Positions 19,486-29,360 of a stretch of 57,226 nt of DNA are shown in pieces (positions within the stretch are counted from its first letter, which is position 1; every line of letters begins with the position of its first letter). A program made the position numbers and the translations under genes. Source of the DNA: an uncultured Candidatus Poseidoniales archaeon (GTDB lineage: Archaea; Thermoplasmatota; Poseidoniia; Poseidoniales; Thalassarchaeaceae); the NCBI GenBank assembly GCA_964645485.1, contig CAZXZO010000010.1:1-57226 (forward strand), given 5' to 3'. The notes beneath the pieces were generated by a model. It was not told the DNA's origin and did not search any database. It saw only the letters and a list, made by a program, of their open reading frames with translations.

Positions 19486-20205
19486 ATGGGAAAACGTATA
19501 CGTGCACAACGCAGAGGTTCAAGCCCGAAAAACAGGGTTTCTAGTCATCGCTTCCCGGGTGCTTCACGCATTCCGCGTGGAGTTGAGGAAGTGGCTACAG
19601 TGATGGAGTTAGTTCACAGCCCAGTTCACACAGCCCCTCTAGTAAGAGTCCGTTTTGAAGATGGAAGTGAAACTCACTTGGTTGCAACTGAAGGGATTGC
19701 AGTCGGCCAAGAAATCGCAATGGGTGGCAATGTCTCACTAAAGCCAGGAAATATCACAGAACTTGGTCAAATTCCAGAAGGAACACCAATCAACAATGTG
19801 GAACTACGTCCCGGTGATGGAGGCCGAATTGCCCGCAGTGGCGGAAATTCAGCAATTCTAGAGACCCGAATGGGTGACAGAGTCAGAATTCGAATGCCTT
19901 CAGGTACTCTGAAGGATTTGCCAGCAAAATGCCGAGCAGCTATTGGTATCCTTGCTGGACATGGCCGCTCAGAAAAGCCTCTGATGAAGGCTGGAGCGGC
20001 CCATTACAAGGCAAAGGCTCGTGGTAAACTCTACCCAACAGTTAGTGGTGTGGCAATGAATCCAGTTGACCACCCGCACGGTGGTGGTAACCATCAGGCA
20101 GTTCACGGACCAAATTCAATTGCGCGCACAGCACCACCCGGACAGAAGGTTGGACACATTGCGCCAAGTCGCACTGGAAAGATGCGAGGGAAAAAGAAGG
20201 AGTGA
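19486..20205 (+). CDS. rpl2: 50S ribosomal protein L2 (uL2)
   Basis: MGKRIRAQRRG, GVAMNPVDHPHGGG. Confidence 0.98.
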   Translation: MGKRIRAQRRGSSPKNRVSSHRFPGASRIPRGVEEVATVMELVHSPVHTAPLVRVRFEDGSETHLVATEGIAVGQEIAMGGNVSLKPGNITELGQIPEGTPINNVELRPGDGGRIARSGGNSAILETRMGDRVRIRMPSGTLKDLPAKCRAAIGILAGHGRSEKPLMKAGAAHYKAKARGKLYPTVSGVAMNPVDHPHGGGNHQAVHGPNSIARTAPPGQKVGHIAPSRTGKMRGKKKE

Positions 20206-20211
20206 TGATTC

Positions 20212-20712
20212 ATGGCACGAAGAAAGAGCAAGGGATTCCGCAAGCCAAAGGCGGTCCGCCGTGCAGCAAGGAAGAGAAAGATGGGTGTGGCGGAACGCCG
20301 AAAGCGAGAGTTCACCTATCGTGGTTACACAATTCCAGAGTTGCAGCAAATGCCACTCTACCCGCCTGAGGATGGGTCGGACCAAGTTAGTATCATTGAG
20401 TTGGTACCTTCACGTGTTCGCCGTTCTCTTGACCGTGGTCTTCCACGTGAATGTGAACATTTCTTGGATAGAATTACAGAAGCAGAAGCAGGTCAGGTAG
20501 TTCGTACACATCGTAGAGATATGCCAGTTCTACCAGTTATGGTTGGTAAGTCAATTGGTATCTACAATGGCAGAGATTTCGTTAATCTCGAAGTTCAGCC
20601 TGAGATGCTTGGTCATTATCTAGGCGAGTTTGCATTAACTCGCCGTAAGCCTGTACACACAGGCCCTGGTGTTGGTGCTACCCGGTCAAGTAAGCACGTG
20701 GCATTGAAGTGA
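20212..20712 (+). CDS. rps19: 30S ribosomal protein S19 (uS19)
   Basis: EFTYRG, RTHRRDM, GHYLGEFALTR; basic N-terminal extension. Confidence 0.96.
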   Translation: MARRKSKGFRKPKAVRRAARKRKMGVAERRKREFTYRGYTIPELQQMPLYPPEDGSDQVSIIELVPSRVRRSLDRGLPRECEHFLDRITEAEAGQVVRTHRRDMPVLPVMVGKSIGIYNGRDFVNLEVQPEMLGHYLGEFALTRRKPVHTGPGVGATRSSKHVALK

Positions 20713-20713
20713 G

Positions 20714-21253
20714 GTGAAAAGGATGAGCAGAGATAGAAGTAAACCACAATCTGGCTACACCCAGTTTTTGACAGGTAATCGCCTAGCAACAGCACGTGTG
20801 ACTGATGTAGATGTACATCACAAGCACTGTGTCCAAATCGCTCGAAAACTGAAGGGTATGTATGCCGGTTCAGCAATTGAGTTCTTAGAAGATGTAATCG
20901 CTAAGAAAAAGGCAGTTCCCTATGTTGTCCGTTCCCGCAAAGGCCGCGGTGGTAACACTATGGCTGGGCACCGAAAAGGAAAGATGGGTCCAGGACGATA
21001 CCCAAGAAATGCTTCTCAAGTTTACATTAAATTAATTCAAAGTGCTATGGACAATGCTCGTCAACATCACGAAGATATTGAGGCAGAAGAGATGCTAATC
21101 ACTCATCTAGCAGCACACCGTGGACAGATTGCTCGACACCAGCGCCCACGTGCGCGTGGACGCGCAACAGCATCTAATCATTACAAGGTAAATCTTGAAT
21201 TGTTCCTTGAATACTTTGGCGACGAAGATGCAGATGATGATGGAGATTTCTGA
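20714..21253 (+). CDS. rpl22: 50S ribosomal protein L22 (uL22)
   Basis: GRYPRNAS, RPRARGRA; operon position. Start is GTG 20714 or ATG 20723. Confidence 0.95.
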   Translation: MKRMSRDRSKPQSGYTQFLTGNRLATARVTDVDVHHKHCVQIARKLKGMYAGSAIEFLEDVIAKKKAVPYVVRSRKGRGGNTMAGHRKGKMGPGRYPRNASQVYIKLIQSAMDNARQHHEDIEAEEMLITHLAAHRGQIARHQRPRARGRATASNHYKVNLELFLEYFGDEDADDDGDF

Positions 21254-21266
21254 GGTGACATAAATA

Positions 21267-22166
21267 ATGGCAAAAGTAAATCAAATTCGTCATTTCGTTG
21301 ATCGTAATGTAGAGCGGCAGTTAGTGCGTGAATATCTCCTAAAGGAGACAGAGCGCGCTGGCTTTGGTGGATTACACTTTGAGCGCGCTTTTGATAATAC
21401 ATCAATTTGCACAAAGGTAACTTTGCAGGCAGAAAGAGTTGGTATGGTTATCGGCCGCCGTGGAAAAGTCATCAATGAACTACAACGCCGTATCCGCACA
21501 GACTTCAATTTAGAAAATCCAAAATTACAGGTTGAAGAAATTGAGAATCCAGCACTAAACGCTCAAGTTATGGCAAGCAAGTTGGCTAGTGCTCTAGAGC
21601 GAGGTTGGTACTTCCGCCGAGCAGGTCACAGCAGTGTTCTCAATGTTATTGAGGCTGGTGCAAAAGGTTGCTTAATCATCATTGCAGGTAAATTAACAGG
21701 TTCACGACACCGTACTGAGAAGTTCCTCAAGGGGCACATCAAGTATTGTGGAGAGACCGCACTTACACACATGGATGTTGGTCAAGCTACTGCAGTTGTA
21801 AAACTTGGAACAATTGGTTGCACTGTTGCAATCATGAAGCCGGGCACAAAATTACCGCATGAAGTGGACATCATCAGCAGAATTGATGCTGGTCTAGGGC
21901 CGTACATCGCTCCTACAATGGCAGGAACAGAAGGCACTGAAGATATCATCGAAGAATCACTTACCGAAGAAGAAGCAGCCGAAGAATTGGCATCTCTTGA
22001 AAAATTGCAAGAAGAACAAGAAGCAGTTAGTGAAGATTCGTCAGATGACGATGCTGGTGAAGAATCAGAATCAGAAGCCGAATCAGAACCAGAAGCGGAG
22101 GAAGAACCTGCAGAAGCAGAGTCAAGCGATGCTGAATCATCTGAAGAAGAGGAGGCGGTTGAATGA
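21267..22166 (+). CDS. rps3: 30S ribosomal protein S3 (uS3) with a long acidic tail
   Basis: RAGFGG, GMVIGRRGK (KH domain), LERGWYFRRAG. Confidence 0.97.
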   Translation: MAKVNQIRHFVDRNVERQLVREYLLKETERAGFGGLHFERAFDNTSICTKVTLQAERVGMVIGRRGKVINELQRRIRTDFNLENPKLQVEEIENPALNAQVMASKLASALERGWYFRRAGHSSVLNVIEAGAKGCLIIIAGKLTGSRHRTEKFLKGHIKYCGETALTHMDVGQATAVVKLGTIGCTVAIMKPGTKLPHEVDIISRIDAGLGPYIAPTMAGTEGTEDIIEESLTEEEAAEELASLEKLQEEQEAVSEDSSDDDAGEESESEAESEPEAEEEPAEAESSDAESSEEEEAVE

Positions 22167-22366
22167 CCCATCTATCTGCTCGTGAAATTGACAATATGTC
22201 TCTTGAGGCGCGCAAGAAGCGCCTAAATGAACTGCAGGAGGAAATGCTTCTCCTGCGCTCTGAACAAGCACTTGGTGGTTCAGCAAGTAATCCTGGCGCA
22301 TACAAACAAGTGAAGAGAAGCATCGCTCGTCTAAAAACAAAGATGCTAGAAACAAGACAGGAGTAG
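22163..22366 (+). CDS. rpl29: 50S ribosomal protein L29 (uL29)
   Basis: LNELQEEMLLLR...NPG...KRSIARLKT; operon position. Confidence 0.93.
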   Translation: MTHLSAREIDNMSLEARKKRLNELQEEMLLLRSEQALGGSASNPGAYKQVKRSIARLKTKMLETRQE

Positions 22367-22373
22367 GAAATTA

Positions 22374-22673
22374 ATGGCAAGTATATGCAATCTATGCGGC
22401 CTCCCTGAAGAATTATGTATCTGTCAAGAAATAGCAAAGGAGCAACAAAAAGCAATAATTTCAACTGTTAGAAGGAGGTATGGTAAGATGGTCACAATAG
22501 TAGAAGGAATCGAAGATACTGCTATTGATATCAATAAACTTGCCAAGACTCTGAAGTCCTCATGTGCTAGTGGTGGCACAGTGAAAGGGAGAGTCATCGA
22601 ACTTCAAGGGGACCACAAGAAAAGGGTCGCAAAAGTACTAACTCAAAATGGATATCAAGTGGAGGTGCGATGA
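22374..22673 (+). CDS. sui1: Translation initiation factor SUI1 (aIF1)
   Basis: CNLCGLPEELCIC, RRYGKMVTIVEG, SCASGGTVK, IELQGDH. Confidence 0.95.
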   Translation: MASICNLCGLPEELCICQEIAKEQQKAIISTVRRRYGKMVTIVEGIEDTAIDINKLAKTLKSSCASGGTVKGRVIELQGDHKKRVAKVLTQNGYQVEVR

Positions 22674-22928
22674 ATGGAACACTGGCATTCATCATGGTTA
22701 GCGCGCACTCTTGAGGTAGTATCATCCACTGATCCTAGTTTAGTAGGTCGCTCAGGTATTGTGGTTAGTGAATCTCTGAATACAGTTACAGTTGAAGAGC
22801 ATGATGGAATGTCCATCTTTGCCAAAAATACAATCGATTTTACAATTGACAACAGTGAACCTGTTGTTGGGTCTATGGTCTGTCAAAGGCCAGAAGACAG
22901 AATTCAAAGAAAATACAGGAGGAACTGA
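22674..22928 (+). CDS. rnp1: RNase P protein subunit Rpp29/POP4
   Basis: LEVVSSTDPSLVGRSGIVVSESLNTV...RPEDRI; canonical position between sui1 and rps17. Confidence 0.85.
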   Translation: MEHWHSSWLARTLEVVSSTDPSLVGRSGIVVSESLNTVTVEEHDGMSIFAKNTIDFTIDNSEPVVGSMVCQRPEDRIQRKYRRN

Positions 22929-22929
22929 A

Positions 22930-23262
22930 ATGCGAGACATCGGTATTGACGTGATAGAGCCAAAGGGCGAATGGGATGGCGATGCAAATTGCCCATTCTA
23001 TGGAAGTTTGAGGGTTCGTGGCCAGATTATTGAAGGGACTGTGTCAAGAGTTGGCATGTTGCAAACTATAGTGGTAGAGCGACAACACACTCGGCACATG
23101 AAGAAATTCGAAAGAATAGAGAAGAGAACCCGCCGTTATTCAGCTCACTTACCAAGTTGCATTGGGGATGTCAATGTTGGAGATGCTGTACGAATAATGG
23201 AGTGTCGACCAATTTCCAAGACAGTGACTTTCTGTGTTATTGAGAGAGGTGATTCAGAATGA
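22930..23262 (+). CDS. rps17: 30S ribosomal protein S17 (uS17)
   Basis: NCPFYGSLRVRG, AHLPSC, ECRPISKT. Confidence 0.96.
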   Translation: MRDIGIDVIEPKGEWDGDANCPFYGSLRVRGQIIEGTVSRVGMLQTIVVERQHTRHMKKFERIEKRTRRYSAHLPSCIGDVNVGDAVRIMECRPISKTVTFCVIERGDSE

Positions 23263-23660
23263 AGGGAATTTCAAGTCGCGTGACACGCGGTTTACCAACC
23301 GAGTCAAAAATGAACTGCATTGATAACAGCGGAGCAAAGATTGTTCAGTTGATTTCAGTGTTAAATCTCGGTGGGGTTGCTAGGAGATACCCATCTGCTG
23401 GAGTTGGTGACATGATTAACGTCACAGTCCGAAGAGGAACTCCAGAACGTCGCCGCCAAGTATTCCGAGCAGTCGTTGTCCGTCAGAAGCGGGCATACTC
23501 TCGTTCAGATGGCACACGTGTTCAATTCGAAGATAACGCCTGTGTGCTTGTATCCAACGAGCGTGGAGAATTGATTGGAACTGATATCAAGGGACCTGTT
23601 TCCCGTGAATCAGCAGAAAGATGGCCGAGGATCGCAGCAACTGCGAAACAGATTGTTTGA
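23259..23660 (+). CDS. rpl14: 50S ribosomal protein L14 (uL14)
   Basis: CIDNSGAK, AGVGDMI, FEDNACVL, IKGPVSRE. Confidence 0.98.
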   Translation: MKGISSRVTRGLPTESKMNCIDNSGAKIVQLISVLNLGGVARRYPSAGVGDMINVTVRRGTPERRRQVFRAVVVRQKRAYSRSDGTRVQFEDNACVLVSNERGELIGTDIKGPVSRESAERWPRIAATAKQIV

Positions 23661-23666
23661 GGTGAT

Positions 23667-24092
23667 ATGATGAGTAGTACGAAACCAAACAAGCAGCGAA
23701 AGAACGCAGCAAACGCGCCAATTCACACTCGGCGCAAGCGCATACGCGCCCGTTGCCTAGACCCAGCATTCCCTAATGTCCGTAACGTCACTATTCGAGT
23801 TGGTGACATTGTCTCTGTGCACAGAGGCGATTGGGGTAACCCAGGTCACGACAAGGATGAGGGTGGCAAGCGTCTAGGTGGTGCTCGCGGAAAAGAAGGA
23901 ATCCAAGCCAACGTGATTGGTGTCGATGTAAAGACTGGCCGTATTTTTGTTGAAGGCGTGAGCCATTCAACTGCTGAAAGTAAGGCTGAGGGTATTCCAC
24001 TACATGCATCTAATGTCGTTGTCACTAAAATTGATGATGGCGATGTTGTACGCTTGAAGAAATTAGAAGAGCGAAACGGAGGCGATGAATAA
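23667..24092 (+). CDS. rpl24: 50S ribosomal protein L24 (uL24)
   Basis: STKPNKQRK, IRVGDIV, PLHASNV. Confidence 0.95.
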   Translation: MMSSTKPNKQRKNAANAPIHTRRKRIRARCLDPAFPNVRNVTIRVGDIVSVHRGDWGNPGHDKDEGGKRLGGARGKEGIQANVIGVDVKTGRIFVEGVSHSTAESKAEGIPLHASNVVVTKIDDGDVVRLKKLEERNGGDE

Positions 24093-24784
24093 TGAGTGCA
24101 AATCACAAGAAGCGATTGGCAATGCCTCGAAGTTGGGCTGGAGCAAGAAAAACAACTGTTTGGATTTCAAAGCCAGACCCTTGTGGTCACCCAATTGACC
24201 TTTGTATGTCATTGACAGTTGTTGTCCGTGACGAACTTGGCCTTGCCCAGACCAAGCGTGAAGTCAAGCGAATGCTTGCAACTCGCAAAGTAATGGTTGA
24301 CGGCAAAGTTCCAAAGAGTGCTGACCGTGGTGTTGGACTAATGGATGTCCTTACAATTGGTGATCAAAACTACCGTTGTATGCTTGACCAAAATGGGAAA
24401 CTACGATACCCTCAAATTTCAGCAGAGGATGCAAAATCCAAGGTTTGCAGAGTGAATGGAAAGAACACAGTTCGTGGAGGAATTACCCAATATAACCTAC
24501 ACGATGGAAGAAACATTCAGTCCGATGAAGCAAATCTCTACAAGACCGGTGACAGCCTAGTAATTTCATTACCGGACCAGGAAATAATCTCACATGTACC
24601 ATTCGCTGATGGTACTAACGCCTACTTAGTTGGTGGCAGCCACGTAGGAACAGTCACTGCAATTGAGAGTTTAGCTGTCAAGCGCTCAAGCATGGAAAAC
24701 GAAGTATCATTCTCAGATTTCGGAACCGTTGAGAGAAATGTCTTCGTAATTGGTGACACAAATTTACCGGAGGTGGGTGAATGA
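24092..24784 (+). CDS. rps4e: 30S ribosomal protein S4e (eS4)
   Basis: HKKRLAMPRSW, QYNLHDGRN, VGGSHVG. Confidence 0.96.
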   Translation: MSANHKKRLAMPRSWAGARKTTVWISKPDPCGHPIDLCMSLTVVVRDELGLAQTKREVKRMLATRKVMVDGKVPKSADRGVGLMDVLTIGDQNYRCMLDQNGKLRYPQISAEDAKSKVCRVNGKNTVRGGITQYNLHDGRNIQSDEANLYKTGDSLVISLPDQEIISHVPFADGTNAYLVGGSHVGTVTAIESLAVKRSSMENEVSFSDFGTVERNVFVIGDTNLPEVGE

Positions 24785-25305
24785 GCAGCGCAAACCCAAT
24801 GTTAGAACCTCGAATTACTAAGGTAACTTGCCATATTGGTGTGGGTGAAGGCGGTTCAAGATTACAACTTGCAGAGCAAGTTCTGTCTTTGATTACTGAT
24901 GGAAATCCAGTTCGAACAATTGGAAAGACAACAAACCGTGAATTGAAAATTCGTGAAGGTGCTCCAATTGGATGTAAGGTTACACTACGCAATCCTGAGA
25001 AGATTAAGAAATTCCTTGAGGATGCTTTCTGGGTTCGTGAAAAGACTCTACCTGCTTACAATATAGATATGCAAGGAAATCTTTCCTTTGGAATCGCAGA
25101 TTACACAGATTTCCCTGAAATGAAATATGATCCAGATATTGGAATCTTTGGTATGGACATTAATGTCGTACTTGAGAGGCCAGGCCACAGGATTAGCCGG
25201 CGCCGACGTTTGAAGGCAAAGGTCCCAATCTGTCACCGTGTTACACGTGCAGAAGGACAGGCTTGGTTCAAGGAACAGTTCGGACTAACACTACTGGAGG
25301 AGTGA
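24781..25305 (+). CDS. rpl5: 50S ribosomal protein L5 (uL5)
   Basis: [34 protein letters not shown]. Confidence 0.97.
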   Translation: MSSANPMLEPRITKVTCHIGVGEGGSRLQLAEQVLSLITDGNPVRTIGKTTNRELKIREGAPIGCKVTLRNPEKIKKFLEDAFWVREKTLPAYNIDMQGNLSFGIADYTDFPEMKYDPDIGIFGMDINVVLERPGHRISRRRRLKAKVPICHRVTRAEGQAWFKEQFGLTLLEE

Positions 25306-25307
25306 AG

Positions 25308-25460
25308 ATGGGAAAAGATGCAGGAATTCGAATTGGTCGTGAGTCCGGATGCCGCAGGTGTGGCAGGAAAAGAGGAATGATTCGTAGACATGGTCTCAGA
25401 CTATGTCGTCAATGCTTCCGGGATATCGCTCCGGAAATAGGATTCAAAAAGTACAGTTGA
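25308..25460 (+). CDS. rps14: 30S ribosomal protein S14 type Z (uS14)
   Basis: CRRCG...LCRQCFR zinc finger, GFKKYS. Confidence 0.96.
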   Translation: MGKDAGIRIGRESGCRRCGRKRGMIRRHGLRLCRQCFRDIAPEIGFKKYS

Positions 25461-25474
25461 GGAGGGATGAAGAT

Positions 25475-25864
25475 ATGCAATTTGACCCATTAAATGACGC
25501 GTTTGTAAGCATTTTCAATGCTGAGCAAGCCGGACACTACGAAGTTACAGTAAAGCCAGCCAGTAATCTGCTCGGAAGCCTTCTTGGCATTATGTCTGAG
25601 CGTGGTTACATTGGCGAGTATGAAAAGATAGAGAATGGTCGCGGAGGCGGTTACAGGATTGAGTTAGTTGGTGCAATCAACAACTGTGGTGTAATCAAGC
25701 CACGCCATGCTGTGAAGTGGGCAGAATTCGATAAGTGGGAGTCAAGATACCTTCCTGCTCAAGATTTCGGCCTTCTCCTGATGACTACAAATCAAGGTGT
25801 AATGCACCATTATGATGCAAAGGAGGGTTCAATCGGAGGCCGCTTGTTGGCCTACGTGTTCTGA
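25475..25864 (+). CDS. rps8: 30S ribosomal protein S8 (uS8)
   Basis: DPLNDAF, GYIGEYE, INNCGVIKPR, YLPAQDFG, GGRLLAYV. Confidence 0.97.
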   Translation: MQFDPLNDAFVSIFNAEQAGHYEVTVKPASNLLGSLLGIMSERGYIGEYEKIENGRGGGYRIELVGAINNCGVIKPRHAVKWAEFDKWESRYLPAQDFGLLLMTTNQGVMHHYDAKEGSIGGRLLAYVF

Positions 25865-25874
25865 GGTGATTACT

Positions 25875-26429
25875 ATGGTGAAATTAGATCAAATCCTTCA
25901 TCAAATACCTCTCAAAGAAGGGGTTTCAGCAACAATTGAAGATTCAACTCTGACTTTGACAGGCCCAAATGGGTCAGTTTCTCGAGAGTACACCCACACC
26001 AAAGTGAATGTTTCTCTAGATGGTGATAATGTAGTGGTTCAATGCGAATTACCACGGCGCAAAGAAAAGGCGATATGTGGTACCTGGAAGGCTCACATCA
26101 ACAACATGATGACTGGTGTTACAGACGGTTTTGAGTATCGACTCAAGGCAGTTTACTCTCACTTTCCAATGACTATGTCCGTAAATGGTTCATCATTTGA
26201 AATCAAGAATTTATTTGGTGAAAAAGTTCCTAGGGTTTCTGACCTAAAGTGGACACCCACAGAAGTTCAAGTCAAGGTTGAGAACAAAAGTGATGTTATT
26301 GTTTCAGGCGTTGACCGAGAAAAGGTTGGCCAAACTGCTGCAATAATTGAGCGGTCGTGTAAGATACGCCACCGTGACCGCAGAATTTTCCAAGATGGAG
26401 TATACATTGTCTCGAAGGGGGCAAACTGA
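25875..26429 (+). CDS. rpl6: 50S ribosomal protein L6 (uL6)
   Basis: YSHFPM, NLFGEK, VGQTAA, DRRIFQDGVY. Confidence 0.97.
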   Translation: MVKLDQILHQIPLKEGVSATIEDSTLTLTGPNGSVSREYTHTKVNVSLDGDNVVVQCELPRRKEKAICGTWKAHINNMMTGVTDGFEYRLKAVYSHFPMTMSVNGSSFEIKNLFGEKVPRVSDLKWTPTEVQVKVENKSDVIVSGVDREKVGQTAAIIERSCKIRHRDRRIFQDGVYIVSKGAN

Positions 26430-26442
26430 GGAGGTGTGATGA

Positions 26443-27114
26443 ATGTCTGAATATAGTGATATGACAGTTGCAGAACTGAAAGAGTTGCTAAAGGAAGCTG
26501 GATTGCCTGTTTCAGGTAAGAAGGCGGACTTGATTGCTCGATTAGAAGAAGGTGCAGATGATTCTACCGAAGAGGTTGAAGAAATTGCAACTGAATCTGT
26601 TGACGAAGTCTCGGAAGATGTTGATGACGATGTCGATGATGACGATGACGACGACTTCGATGACTTTGATGAGGAGTGGGACGATGAAGAGATGATTCAC
26701 GTTGCACGACAAAAGCCAGAATTGGATGATGCAACAAGAGAAGCGTTAGCAACTCGTAGTGCACAAAGTAAGAAACAACCAGCATTCCGCCGTCAAGAGT
26801 GGTATCGATACAAGCGATTGTCTAGAACTGGATGGCGAAAGCCGAAAGGTATGGACAGTAAGCAACGAAAAAACAAGAAATGGCGTACTCCAATGGCTAG
26901 AGTAGGTTTTGGAAAGGTTGCAGAAGTACGCGGTCTTCACCCATCTGGATTTAGCGAAATCATGGTCCACCGACCTGATGACCTTGACCAAATCGACCCT
27001 AAAGTTGAAGCAGCAAGAATTGGCAAGCGAGTAGGTAACCGAAAGCGTGCAGCAATTCACGAAAAGGCAGATGAATTAGGAATTCGAGTCTTGAACCGAA
27101 GGAGGAATATCTGA
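26443..27114 (+). CDS. rpl32e: 50S ribosomal protein L32e with an N-terminal SAP domain and acidic linker
   Basis: Core FRRQEWYRYKRL...WRKPKG...GLHPSG. N-terminus MTVAELKELLKEAGLPVSGKKADLIARL. Confidence 0.95.
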   Translation: MSEYSDMTVAELKELLKEAGLPVSGKKADLIARLEEGADDSTEEVEEIATESVDEVSEDVDDDVDDDDDDDFDDFDEEWDDEEMIHVARQKPELDDATREALATRSAQSKKQPAFRRQEWYRYKRLSRTGWRKPKGMDSKQRKNKKWRTPMARVGFGKVAEVRGLHPSGFSEIMVHRPDDLDQIDPKVEAARIGKRVGNRKRAAIHEKADELGIRVLNRRRNI

Positions 27115-27590
27115 TGCAGTTGAGTAACCAGAAGAGATTAGCAGCGGAGATCCTTTCGGGACAACTAGGCCAAGAAGTTGGTTTAAACCGAGTTTGGATT
27201 AACGATAACTACCTAGAACAGGTTAGTAGTGCTGTCCAAAAAGAAGACATTCGTGAATTGATTGAAATGGGCTACATCAAGGCAAAGCCAGTCCAAGGCA
27301 CTAGCCGTGTACGCGCTAACAAAGCCGCTGCTCAAAGGGCAAAAGGACGACGCAAGGGTCAAGGTAAGAGAAGTGGTACCTCAAACGCACGTTTCCCAAG
27401 GAAGCAACGCTGGATGCGAACTATTCGTTCACAGCGCCGAGTTCTCAAAGAGATGCGAGAAGATGGAACAATAGAAGCGAGTCAATACCGCTACTACTAT
27501 CGTAAGGCAAAGGGTAACTCCTACCGAAGTATTGCTCACATGAAGACTAACATGAAACTCGATGGCGTCAAAGTAAGAGGTGATGAATAA
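27114..27590 (+). CDS. rpl19e: 50S ribosomal protein L19e (eL19)
   Basis: QKRLAAEIL, GRRKGQGKRSG, WMRTIRSQR, YYRKAKG. Confidence 0.97.
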   Translation: MQLSNQKRLAAEILSGQLGQEVGLNRVWINDNYLEQVSSAVQKEDIRELIEMGYIKAKPVQGTSRVRANKAAAQRAKGRRKGQGKRSGTSNARFPRKQRWMRTIRSQRRVLKEMREDGTIEASQYRYYYRKAKGNSYRSIAHMKTNMKLDGVKVRGDE

Positions 27591-28099
27591 TGGCACACGG
27601 AAAGAATCAGAGACGCAAATACGCTCGCCGTGAACACGGATTGACAGATTACCGTCGTCGACTCAAATTACTACGAGGAGGCCAGCCAAGAGCTGTGGTT
27701 CGAATAACCAATACTCAAGTGATTTGCCAATTAGTTGCTTACGAGCCTAATGGTGACAAAGTAATTGCTGCAACAACCGGTGCATCAATTGTCTCAGATT
27801 TCAAGTGGCCAAAGGATGCATCTCGAAAATCAGTTCCTGCATGTTACATTGCTGGAATGGCATTAGCCAAGCAAGCAACCGCTGCCGGTCATGGGGTCGC
27901 GGTTCTTGATATCGGACTAAGTGCATCAACCAAAGGCAACAGAGTGTTCGCCGCTCTCAAAGGAATGGTAGATGGTGGACTTGAAATTCCACATGGCGAA
28001 GAAATTTTACCAGATGATGACAGAATAGCAGGTAATCACATTTCTGACAAACTTGCAAAATCTGTAGAAGCCAGCAAGAAAGCAATCGAGGGGGCCTGA
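27590..28099 (+). CDS. rpl18: 50S ribosomal protein L18 (uL18)
   Basis: RREHGLTDYRRRLKLL, RVFAALKG. Confidence 0.96.
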   Translation: MAHGKNQRRKYARREHGLTDYRRRLKLLRGGQPRAVVRITNTQVICQLVAYEPNGDKVIAATTGASIVSDFKWPKDASRKSVPACYIAGMALAKQATAAGHGVAVLDIGLSASTKGNRVFAALKGMVDGGLEIPHGEEILPDDDRIAGNHISDKLAKSVEASKKAIEGA

Positions 28100-28103
28100 A
28101 TAG

Positions 28104-28880
28104 ATGGAAGAACAACAACCAGCACCTGACACCGCCGAAGTAGCACCTGGTCTAGCACTTGCATACACTCCTGAACCAGAAGTTGAGCAAGGCCGTCATC
28201 GCCGCCGCAAGGGTGGTTATGATGCAATGGCTAATCTCCGCTCATGGACTCCAAAAACTCGTTTGGGCCGAATGGTCAGAAACGGTGAGGTTACAACTTT
28301 TGAGCAAGCAATGAACAGTCGCCTGCCAATTCGTGAGGTTGAAATTGTTGATGCATTACTTCCAGGTTTGGAAGATGAAGTCATCAACGTCAACATGATT
28401 CAGCGAATGACTGACAGTGGGCGAAGAGTTCGATTCAATGTCATGGCTGCAGTTGGTAACAACAACGGCTATGTTGGTCTTGGAATGGTCAAAGGTAAGG
28501 AAGTTGCAGCAACTATTCGCAAAGCGATTAATAATGCTAAACTCAACATCATCCAAGTAATGCGTGGTAACGGTTCTTGGGAATCTGGTGGTGGTGCAGG
28601 TTCTAGTGTTCCATTCAAGATTACAGGCCGAGCAGGATCAACAAGAGTGACTCTAATCCCAGCACCTGCGGGTAAGGGTCTAGTCATCGGTTCAAAGGGA
28701 AAGGTCGTTCTTCGCTTAGCGGGAGTTACCGATATCTACTCACGAACCCACGGACAAACTCGAACAACAATCAATTTCGCTCGTGCAACGTACAATGCAC
28801 TACAAAACCTCAACAAATCCAAGGTTAGTGCTGACCAAAAGAAGAAATTATTCATGTCAACAGGTAGGGTGAACGAATGA
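28104..28880 (+). CDS. rps5: 30S ribosomal protein S5 (uS5)
   Basis: [31 protein letters not shown]. Confidence 0.97.
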   Translation: MEEQQPAPDTAEVAPGLALAYTPEPEVEQGRHRRRKGGYDAMANLRSWTPKTRLGRMVRNGEVTTFEQAMNSRLPIREVEIVDALLPGLEDEVINVNMIQRMTDSGRRVRFNVMAAVGNNNGYVGLGMVKGKEVAATIRKAINNAKLNIIQVMRGNGSWESGGGAGSSVPFKITGRAGSTRVTLIPAPAGKGLVIGSKGKVVLRLAGVTDIYSRTHGQTRTTINFARATYNALQNLNKSKVSADQKKKLFMSTGRVNE

Positions 28881-29347
28881 CTTGGTTAGTAATTAGAGTT
28901 CGTTCCAACATTGGTATTGAGCGTTCAATCAAGAAAACAATGACTCACCTAAATTTGACGCGAGTGAATCATGCTGTTCTCATCCCTGAGAATGATGTTT
29001 ATGCTGGCATGCTTCAGAAGGCTAAGGATTACGTCACTTGGGGACAAGTAGATGAAACAACAATCGCTAATCTCATCTCAGAAAGAGGACGATTGATGGG
29101 TGATAAGCCCATCACTGATGCTGTAGTAAAATCAGAGACTGATTTCAAGAATATCAAAGAATTTGCAGCATCGATAGTTGCTGGCGAGTCATCAACAAAA
29201 ACAATCGCTGACATGAAGCCAGTGTTCAGACTTCACCCACCTAGAGGAGCAAAAGGATGGGGTGGAATCAAGCGTCACTTCACAGTTGGTGGGGCATTAG
29301 GATATCGCGGTGAGGCAATAGTTGACCTTGCTGGGAGAATGATTTGA
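28877..29347 (+). CDS. rpl30: 50S ribosomal protein L30 (uL30)
   Basis: [23 protein letters not shown]. Confidence 0.96.
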   Translation: MTWLVIRVRSNIGIERSIKKTMTHLNLTRVNHAVLIPENDVYAGMLQKAKDYVTWGQVDETTIANLISERGRLMGDKPITDAVVKSETDFKNIKEFAASIVAGESSTKTIADMKPVFRLHPPRGAKGWGGIKRHFTVGGALGYRGEAIVDLAGRMI

Positions 29348-29360
29348 GGAGTTGAGAATT

